Origin: a virus
Lineage: Duplodnaviria > Caudoviricetes
DNA: 59,154 nucleotides
Virus record (IMG/VR): IMGVR_UViG_3300005326_000009
Span: 1 to 59,154 of that record
Strand: one strand, 5' to 3'
In this document: piece after piece, positions 27,149 to 36,500 of the stretch
Layout: the number at the start of each line of letters is the position of its first letter
Numbering within the stretch: the stretch's first letter is position 1
Position numbers and translations under genes: made by a program
Notes under the pieces: generated by a model
Seen by the model: only the letters and a program-made list of their open reading frames with translations
What the model was told of the DNA's origin: nothing
The model's database searches: none

Positions 27149-29940
27149 ATGAGCAGTGTACGTGATAACATAGACCGCTTAAAGGGAATGACACGCGAGG
27201 AAGAAGAGGAAGCGTTACGGAACGCGTTCCCCTCTCCCGTGGAAGTCGCTCAAATGAGGGACTACTTTAAGGGAGCAGCAGAAGAGCTAAGCACCTTAGA
27301 GGATAAGGTTGTACAGTTTACCATGCCTGCCCGTGACATTATCGTGTTAGAGTTCTTCTGCACCATATTCGATGGCTACACTACAGACGGCTATCCGAGC
27401 AAGGAATTGGTTGCTCAATGTCACGAGACTTTTGACGTGACAATACAGGGGATGCTTGCCGAGGTATCCAAGCTCCTGCGCGAGGGCAATGATGTAACGA
27501 GCGTTGCCGCTGTCTTGACCTTCAATGAAGAGGCTTGCCGAGCAATGACTACTATCCTTACCTCTATCTTAGAGAAGGAGACTAACTATGAGGTTGGTGA
27601 TAGCCCTTCGGCAGAAGTCTAAGCGAGAGCTAAGAAGACTTGCAAAGCGATTGCTCCTGCAAGAAAAGTACCAGGAAGCAGAGGAAGTCTACGCCTACAT
27701 CGAAAAGGTGTATGGCGTAGACTCTACAAAGAGTGAGGTACAGTATGAATGAGAAAGACGAGAAGATACTTGCCAAACTAAAGGGCAAGCTTAGCCTAGT
27801 AAAAGCCCTACAGCAGGCAGAGCGTATCTCCCCAGGGGAACCGGTTAAGCCACAGGAGCAAGACAGTTACCGACATCGCTTTACTGTGGCAGGGAAGGAG
27901 GAAGAGGAATGACCCCTTATGCGAAGGCACGGCATTACCCACCGATGGATAACAAAGCTTACAAGCAAGCTGTCTGTGCGGAGATGCTAGCCCTTGAGTT
28001 TCACTTACAAGCCGAGGCGTTGTATGAGGCAGCAAGCGCACAAGGGCTTGACCTGTACGGTAACTACGGATACTACCACAAGCATCCCAAGGAATTAGTT
28101 ACTCTGATAAAGGAGCATACTCGTGCTAGTTCGTAACGCTTTTGGGGGGACAATGAGCAAGCCCTCTACCAATATAGTTGTCCCTGGCTATGATGATTAC
28201 CATTTTGTCGTCACACGCGGGAACTATGTAGACGTACAAGAGGATGATTTATATATCCTTACCGAGTACTCTACCGGTTTAGGCGTAGCCTTTGGACATA
28301 CCGCTAAGGAAGCAGTAGAGGACTTCCTTACCCGTAGAACACGGGAGCAATTCGAGAAGAAGTATAAGGAAGCGATAAGCCGCTATGGTATCCTTAATAA
28401 GGAGGATTAGAGCATATGAGGATGTACGTCTTTACTATCTATGACTCATATGTAACGGTTGCTACCGGTTCGTATGAGGGTTCAGCGAGGAAGAAAGCCG
28501 CTTCCGCATTCCGTAAGCACATGGCCGAACGAAAATTTCCTAAGGAAGTTATCGAACAAGGCATTACTAGTATGAAATTACAAGGGGTTTGTGAGTGGAA
28601 TGGGGGACTTGTACTTAATCAATTTCTCGGTAACTACGTAGCTATTAGCAAAGAATACAAGCCCTGTAGCTACCGAGAGAAGCTAGGAATTAAACGGGAG
28701 GAAGATTAATGTTTTATCTTATCCGGTCAAAGGATAACTACGTAACCATACTTTGCCCCCACTGTCACCAATGGCAACCGGCTACTTCGCGCAACATATA
28801 CACGGTAACCTGTACCGTGTGTAAGCAAACATACGTTCTTCGTAACCTCTTGCACTCTCTTACCCTGCAAGATGGCGCAAAGTATCAAGAGTGGTCAATG
28901 GCTATGAAAGGAGAGGTACCATGCAAACGGTTACAAGTACAGGCGTAGCCCTGGATACGGAAGACCCTGCCGCTGAACTGTGCAACCGACACCTTGCTTA
29001 TTTGAATAAGCAACGTAAGGCAGGGGTTCGTGGTATCGTTGCCAAAGCAACACACCCGAACGGCTTTACAGAGCTTGTCCTCGTACAGGATAGCAAGGTT
29101 GTCTTTTCTGCCCGAAGGTCAGAGGATATGGCCGTACACCTTGACATCCTGGCGAAAGCAGAGGAGTTTAAGCGACAATGATTACTGTCTATGATGAACA
29201 CGGCAACGCTATCCTTGAACTGACCGAGCAGCAATATTCTCGCCGCGTAGAACGCCTATTCGTCAATGTGAGGAAGAGGTTGCAACGGTTAGAGCAGCGA
29301 AGGGAAGAACTAGGAGAGTACAAAAAGAGAGCAGACAAAGCCCTCTTTAATTCCCAGGGAGCAGACAGGCGTATCTTTGTGCTCTTCCAACGCGTCAAGG
29401 AATTGGAGGAAGAGCTTGAAAGGATAAAGAATCATGAGTGACCTTGCTTCGTTTCTCATTGCTACCGTATGTGTACTTTTGGTTGGGCTATTATCTTTCA
29501 CGTATATGAGGCGCTGTTAGGAGGAACGTATGTTTGTTTCACAAAAAGGAGCTATCACGGGTAACGACTGGCAAACCCAAGACGGGCATTCTATCCGTAG
29601 CGGTACCTTGTCGTTTGAGTGTGATGTGTTTAGCTCTATGCCTATTCTTGGTGGGAGGGTTATCCTTGAGTGTGACGAGGGGGAAGTCTCCTTCTTCTTA
29701 GACAAGTGCTCTGCCACAGGAAAAGAAGCGCAGGTAATCGTTACAGGACCAGCTTGGTTTACCCTCGATAGTGGAGCAATCCCAGGGTACGTAACCTTTA
29801 CCTTTATTCCCACGCACATGAACCAACTCACTAACCAACACGGGGAAAAGGTTGGTTTCCTAGTGACCGGTCCCACGAACAAGAGAGTAGACTTTCTCTT
29901 CGACTTCTACCGCTACTTTCGGGATAAGGGGGGAAGATGA
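27149..29940 (+). CDS. Run of small hypothetical proteins (27149, 27909, 28123, 28416, 28709, 28921, 29178, 29530 and shorter ones)
   Basis: Tightly packed co-oriented ORFs with AGGAGG-type RBS; no recognisable family. Confidence 0.55.
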
Positions 29941-30431
29941 TAGATACTTGCCGTATCCTTATCACGCTTGACTGTAACTTCCGTTGCTCTTACTGTTGTA
30001 ACGAGCTACCAGAGATACAGGAGCAATTCATTAAGGTAAACTCCTTAGAAGACATCCCTTGGAATGCTTACCAAAAAGTATGTATCTCAGGTGGGGAACC
30101 CATGTTACGGGTAGACAGGTTAGACTATGTGCTTTACTACACCCGTGCGCATAGGTTACCGGTATATCTATATACCAATGGGCTATTCCTCTATGGCTTT
30201 TTAATTGACCGACTTATAGCCGAGGGAGTAACCGCTGTCAATATCGGTTGGCATGGGAGGGAAGCGGGTATTCACCGAAGCATTTTTACCCATCCCAAGG
30301 TACGAGTGACCGCTATTGAGGGGACACCTGTACCCGAATGGTTAGAACAAGCAACGACAGTTAGACGTGTTCCGTTAAACGTGTGCGAGACACCGAACGA
30401 GCACCTATATATTTGGAGGGAAGATGATTAA
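29937..30431 (+). CDS. Short radical SAM domain protein
   Basis: CNFRCSYC (CxxxCxxC), SGGEP, YTNG. Confidence 0.85.
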   Translation: MIDTCRILITLDCNFRCSYCCNELPEIQEQFIKVNSLEDIPWNAYQKVCISGGEPMLRVDRLDYVLYYTRAHRLPVYLYTNGLFLYGFLIDRLIAEGVTAVNIGWHGREAGIHRSIFTHPKVRVTAIEGTPVPEWLEQATTVRRVPLNVCETPNEHLYIWREDD

Positions 30432-30584
30432 GTTTGTACTCGCTATGTTGATAGGGACACTTGCCCTAAGTACGGCTATCGTCATGGGATTAGACAGCAA
30501 GTTCCTATACTGTGGTCTTGCCTTTATCGTTGGGATACTTAGCATATGCTATGCGATGAAGCAGGTCGAATAGGAGGTGAGTAG

Positions 30585-31873
30585 GTGACTCGGGAAGCTG
30601 AACAATTCAAGCGAGAGTGCCAAAGACAGCCCTGCGCTATGTGCGGAGACCGTCCTACGGTTGCTAGGATAACGAATCCTAACCATCCTTTGTGGGAGCA
30701 ATGGGTTTGTAATACGTGTAAGGAGGAACTATTGAGCCGACAAACCGATACTTGGGTAAAAAACGAGAACGGTAACTACGTGTACCGTACATCGGCTACT
30801 CATTGGACAGTATACCACGAAGAGAGAGGTTGGTTCTTTATCGGACGGGGAAGGGGAGCAACCGGACCATACCCCACCGCAGAAGATGCTAAGCTTTGCT
30901 GTGAGCAGCGTATGAAATTACCGAGCTACGAAGAACTTGAGAAACAGGTTGCCAAGCTACAAGGGGAGAACTGCAAGCTTCGTAGCGCTATGAGCTTAGC
31001 GGTTAATCACCTGTTAATAAAGGAGGATACTTGAATAAGGTATTATTCAACAAACTAGAGCTTGCCCTTGAAGAAGTGCAAGAACGTAAGAAGGCTATCG
31101 CTATCAAGAAAGGAGAACTTAGCCAGCTTGAGAGTGAATGCTACGCTGCCAAAGAAAGAGCAAGGGATATTGTCTTTGAGCTAGCGGAGGAAGAACTAGA
31201 TATGGACTTAAAGGAGTACTGACTTGACGCACATACATGAGGTAGAGTGTGACCGCTGTGGTAAGCGATTCCCTGCCGATACGAACAAACGAAGCAATAT
31301 CGTAGAGCGTATCTACCGAAGGTACACAGACCAAGAGGTCAATGAGTACGACTTCTGCGAGACTTGCCAAAGTAGTTTTACCGCTTGGATGATGAAGGGA
31401 AAGGATAAATGAATAACAAGTGTACGGTATGTGGAAGGGAGTTACCCTATCCCACCGAGACAACCGAAGAAGTCTGCTCCCACTGTGGGACAAGCTACTC
31501 CATACAAGACGGCTATCTCTATGTCGCCTTTATTGCCTATGGCGTTGCTACCGAGAAGGGTTTGGTAAGAGTCTACTTACGAGAAAGCACCGCACGAGGG
31601 CAAGCTACCCGTATTAACAACGGGCATGGGTATATCAGAGGTACCGCACGTGTGGTAACCTTGAGGAGTTAAATGAGCTATACTTCAACTATCGTACATA
31701 CCTTCGTGTGTGACCGCTGTAAGAAGGTACAAGACGGGGATAACTTGAATTGGTGGTTTATTGACGTAGGAGTACGGAACAGAGAGGAAACGCTCAGTCA
31801 CTCTTCAACCTATGATTTGTGCGATGAATGCTTTGAATTGTTCCGTACACGGTTTATTAAGAAGGAGGAGTAG
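30585..31873 (+). CDS. Small hypothetical and Zn-ribbon proteins (30585, 31031, 31224, 31409, 31673)
   Basis: CxxC pairs; 31224 and 31673 are paralogous (CDRC...YD.C..C). Confidence 0.6.
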
Positions 31874-31874
31874 A

Positions 31875-31910
31875 GGAAGGGGAGGGAACTTACCCCTCCC
31901 CTTTTGCTTT
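31875..31910. terminator. Terminator between the convergent transcription blocks
   Basis: AAGGGGAGGG-loop-CCCTCCCCTT followed by TTGCTTT. Confidence 0.75.
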
Positions 31911-31912
31911 GC

Positions 31913-32605
31913 TTATTGAGTACTATCTTCCCCAGTAAGCACCGGTTTCAAGCTCTCCCTGACAAACTTATCCGCTGCCATAAGGACAGCCGTAGCCAGG
32001 GGAATGAACACAGGGTTAGTCACGAAGTCGCCAACGTTGACCAGCAAGTGAGCCATTCCCGCAGAGACAGCACCATAAGCCATAGCTCTGCCCAAACGAA
32101 CGAGCGCAGTCTTCAATGCAACAGACATCTCTTTTCCTCCTTTCCTTGTTGTCGCTGGCTTGTGCCACTCTTCCCCCTGTAGCCAACGAATACAGGTAGC
32201 TATCGCTCCCTTCACCATTGCTCTTACCAGCGCAGGGAGTGACTTCTCTATCAGTTTACGCGCGTAGGCTTTTCGTTTCTCCGCACTCTCTTTTGCCCAT
32301 CGCTCACGTTGCTTTACCGCATACCTCTGTAGTATAACATCCCAGGTCTCAAACCGTCCACTCTTTCGGTTGTATTGCCCATGCCCTCTACGTACCATAG
32401 GGTTAAAGGTAGGTTCGTCCTCAGGGTCAACGGCAGGGGGAAGCGGTTGGGTAATCGGCTCTTTCCACTTCCCCGCTTTCTTTTTCCGTTGTCGGTCAAA
32501 GATAACTTCCCAAGTCTCAAAGCGTTGCCGCTTGGGATTCCATAGACCCTTACCCCTGCGAACAACGGGAGGAAAACCTTTCTCGTCTTCAGGGTCTAAA
32601 GCCAT
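31913..32605 (-). CDS. Duplicated-motif protein fused in frame to a holin-like C-terminus (internal start at 32128)
   Basis: Two DPEDE..F.P.VRRG.G..N....RFETW repeats; AAAGGAGG RBS before an internal ATG that opens a 71-aa hydrophobic segment. Confidence 0.6.
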   Translation of the reverse strand: MALDPEDEKGFPPVVRRGKGLWNPKRQRFETWEVIFDRQRKKKAGKWKEPITQPLPPAVDPEDEPTFNPMVRRGHGQYNRKSGRFETWDVILQRYAVKQRERWAKESAEKRKAYARKLIEKSLPALVRAMVKGAIATCIRWLQGEEWHKPATTRKGGKEMSVALKTALVRLGRAMAYGAVSAGMAHLLVNVGDFVTNPVFIPLATAVLMAADKFVRESLKPVLTGEDSTQ

Positions 32606-33054
32606 CGCTTTGCTTCCCTTCGCAGGTAGTTGCCCCCTGTGGTAGCTATCCCTGGTAAGACAAGCAAGTCCCATTTCCCGCGTTGCTTAATACCAAGCGT
32701 TACCTCTACCTCCCCATGCGTCAACACATGTTCCCGGTCAAGGGGAATGTCATGCCGCTTACAGAGCTTTGCCACAAGCTGAGCGCAGGCAACGAGTTGT
32801 ACGGGCAAAGGAGGGTAAGCTCCCAGGTTTTGTGGGATAGCCCCCCACGCGCAACAGAGCGCAATACCGATACTCCCGCTGTTACACCTGCGCGTGTGCG
32901 CTGCGTAGCCGAGCTTTAGCGGTTCTTCGTTCCTTATGACGGGGACAGCAGGAATAACCAAGCCATCCCCATCAATGAGGTAGTGGTAGTGTAGCCTATC
33001 TAGGATATTAGGCGTATACTTGCCAGCCGTCCAATGAATCACAATTCTACGCAT
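32596..33054 (-). CDS. Endolysin, N-acetylmuramoyl-L-alanine amidase (Amidase_2)
   Basis: IVIHWTAG, YHYLIDGDG, AHT...NSGSIGIA, LTHGE...KWD. Confidence 0.85.
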   Translation of the reverse strand: MRRIVIHWTAGKYTPNILDRLHYHYLIDGDGLVIPAVPVIRNEEPLKLGYAAHTRRCNSGSIGIALCCAWGAIPQNLGAYPPLPVQLVACAQLVAKLCKRHDIPLDREHVLTHGEVEVTLGIKQRGKWDLLVLPGIATTGGNYLRREAKRWL

Positions 33055-33057
33055 AGT

Positions 33058-33516
33058 CTACCTTCCTTTCCAAGACCTACCTGACAATAGAGCAGTTATT
33101 GCTCCTTTACTTACCCCATATTCATTAGCGAGGAAAGACTGAGAAACCTTCCAAGGAATATACCGTTTCTTAATCTCTTCTCGTTGTTCCCTGGTCAATT
33201 TATCCCGTCCTCTGCATCTCCCCTTACGGCTCTTATCCTGTGCGTTATCCTTATCAGTCCCTAACCATAAATGAGCAGGGTTACAACACCTTGGATTGTC
33301 ACAACTATGAAGTACGTCTAGCCCTTGTGGTACATCTCCAAAGGCTAGCGTGTACATGAGTCGATGGATAAGCCATCGCTTACCATAGTATCGTATCCTT
33401 CCATAGCCCCCATGACCACGGGTAACTACTTCACCTACTGTATGATTCCAACACTCTTCCCACGAACCTACCTGTATCTTGCTCCAAAAGGAAGTGCGCG
33501 TAAACTGGTTAGCCAT
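33058..33516 (-). CDS. HNH homing endonuclease with C-terminal HTH
   Basis: ECW...GYG...HRLMY...VLHSCDNPRCCNPAHL..GT..DN..D. Confidence 0.9.
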   Translation of the reverse strand: MANQFTRTSFWSKIQVGSWEECWNHTVGEVVTRGHGGYGRIRYYGKRWLIHRLMYTLAFGDVPQGLDVLHSCDNPRCCNPAHLWLGTDKDNAQDKSRKGRCRGRDKLTREQREEIKKRYIPWKVSQSFLANEYGVSKGAITALLSGRSWKGR

Positions 33517-33522
33517 AACAGT

Positions 33523-33551
33523 ATTATAGCTATTGGACGGCATACTGTCAA
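33523..33551 (-). promoter_or_regulatory. Perfect sigma70 promoter TTGACA-17-TATAAT, probably giving a leaderless HNH mRNA
   Basis: ATG lies 7 nt downstream of the -10 box with no RBS. Confidence 0.75.
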
Positions 33552-33553
33552 GC

Positions 33554-36500
33554 TTATATAGAGACCCCTTTCATGCGTAGCATCTCACCTTGTACCCGTA
33601 AAGTCTTTCGGGCAATCTCCTTTCCGTCAAGTTCAATAACTACTGTGGTATCCTTACTCCCGGCTATCTTCTGTATTAAGCCCCCTATCGGACCCCCTGC
33701 CGAGATAGCCGCTGAGCGTTTGAGCATAGAGGGGTTACTTAAATCCCCGGCAACCTTGCCCATAGCAGCCGCTACCTTGAATCGGCTAGCAAGTAATCCT
33801 TGTACCAAGCCTTCGATAATATGACCACCGAACTTGAAGAAGACGCGGGAAGGGGAAGAGATAGATAACTTCTCCTTCATTACCGCTGTGATAGCCTCAG
33901 AGAGTGCCGCCATAACATTCTCTAAGCGAGGCTCTGCTGTCTTCATCCCGTCAATAATACCCTCGATAATGGCTTGACCGACAACGGGCATAGCCGCAGG
34001 GTCAACCGCTACCCCTTTCCACAGGTTAGCCTGTGTTTTAAGCAGGTTAGTAACGACTCCCTTAAGGTAGTCCTTCTTACGAGCAAGCCCTGGTACCGAA
34101 GCGATAAGAGCGTCAACAATCTTGTCAGCACTCCCGGTATCCGACAGTCTACCGAACAAGTCTGTGGAATCCTTCCAACCAAGCTTAAGGGTACCTTCTA
34201 CCATTTCCCTAACTTTGGCAGCGACATCCTTTAGACCAGGGAACTTAGCCTGCATTCCTGCGGTTAAGCTGGCGATAATTTTCTCACCAATCTCCCGTTG
34301 CTTCTTTATCATAGTGTCTTCATCCTTGACACTAATACCCGCTGCCTCATAGACTGCTTTACGCGTCATAAGGAACAGTTCCGAGAGAGCACTTGTCTTA
34401 ACCATAGACGAGACAGAGGATGAACTACTTCCCCCTCCCCCACCAAACACTCCCTTAAGCAAGTCCTTGATATTCCACTTAGACTTAGCTGTGCTAGTTA
34501 CCGTATTCCAGACATCGAGCGTTGCCGTCTTTAACTCGGGATAGGCAGCTACCATTCCCTTGACCACAGCGCAAGTAATGTCATAACCCTGTTGTTGTAA
34601 CTCTTGCTTGGCTTTCTGCTCAGCCTCAGACGGTTGTTTCTTCTTGCCCCCCTTGCCAAAGAGACCTCCCAAGAGACCACCGACTAAGCCACCAATCGGA
34701 CCACCAACGGCCATGCCAATTCCACCAAGGAGAGACCCTGCCATATTGCCGCTACCTATTCCACCGACAACGGATTGCAAGGGACCAAACCAGCTAGACC
34801 CTCCTATCTTCGGGAAGAGTTGACCGACCAAGCCAAGAATATCCGTAGCACCGGTAGGAGCACCGCTACTAATCCAAGACATCACCGACTCCATACCAGA
34901 GGCATAGGCTTGCGCGTTCTCCCTGCCCATTTCCATGAACTCTTTCTTGCCGTAGCTCAGCCGCTTAATGATTTGCTTATTGACAGCATCGGCAGCCATT
35001 TCAGCAGTCAGTGTCCCGCTAAGCATCCCCTTAGATAACCAATCAACGAACTCTTGACCAAGCTTCTCTACCGCTTCCTGGTAGGCTTGCTGTTCCGAGA
35101 AGAACGCATTCACGTTAGCATTGATAGCGTCAATAATCTGCGAGAACGTTGACCCCCTCCCCCGGTTAGCCAGCGTGTTAAGCATGTTCTCCTGTGCTTG
35201 TTGCTGAGCGTCAAGGTGAGCCTGTAAGATAGCCTTCATCAATTCCTTGTTGTTACGAATAGCCTCAGCAGCTTTCTCCTGAGCCGCTATGGTAGCGTCA
35301 ACTACTGCACTTATCATATCTTTCTTAAACTGCAAGGCAGCAGCCGCGTCAACAATCGGCTTAACCCTGACAAGGAACGCCTCCCGCTCAGCTTGTGTAC
35401 CGAGGGAAGCATTCATAATCTCTCGGGCAAGGTTATTGCCAAAGATAGAAGTGAGCCGTTCTAAGGTTTCCCGCTGTGCAAAGATAGCCTCATAGCTTTG
35501 GAGTACTAAGTCAGCAGCCGAGTTAGTGCCTTCCATAAAGCCGAGTACCAAGTCCTCGCTCAATCCCTTACCGAGTTCTTTCCACTTCTTCCGCAGGGTA
35601 ACACGCATCTTGTCAATGCTTTCCTCGATAATCTTCTGCTTGGCATTCATTGCTGCCTTAGCGTTAGCTACCTCAGCTCCCGACTCCTCGATACCCTTCT
35701 TGGTAAAGTTGAGCTTGTTCTCAAGGTTCTCCTGCGCTTGCCGCTCCTTGCGGATAGTTCCCGCTCGTTCAAGCATCATGCGGTAAGCATCCCACAGACT
35801 GATAGAGCCGTTACGGATACCTTCAGCAAGCTTATTAACCCAGTCTCTCCCCAGGGTATCCATCTGCCTGTCTTGAGCATCGAGATAGCCAATGTACCCC
35901 TCTACGATAGAGTTAGCCACATCAAGCAGGTTCCCAGTACCAGACCGCAAACCTTGCAGCATGGAAGTAATGTTCTCCTGCCCCATGCCAAAGTAGGCGT
36001 CATTAATCCGCAGGTTAACCATACGAGCACCCGCAGCGATATTATTAACAATTTCCTGCCCTGCCTTAACCTGCTTGGGTTTCTGCCGCGTGATAACGCC
36101 ATAGGCACGAACAAGCAATTGTGCCATAGCCTGCTCTGCTCTGATAGTCCCGTCACGAATCCCCCGCTCTAAGTGGTCAATGAACTGAGCACCGACTCCC
36201 CGTAAGATTTGGTTATACTCCCGTGGAGTGGTAGACAAGATATTCGCTAACTGCCGTGCCGTATCATACACAGACGTTGACCGACTCTGCATCCCCCGCG
36301 TCATACTGTTAACGGCAGTCTGACCAATCTGTATGTACACGCGCGAGGGGGAATGCATCGCTAACTGGTCTCGCGTTCCCGCTTCCATCCCTGCGCCAAT
36401 CGCTCTACCCGCTGTGGTAGCAGCCGTGCGCAGTTGTCGGATAGCTGAGGGAGCAGTCATTGCACGGGCAATCGGCATGTACGTCCAATGCCAGGGTTCC

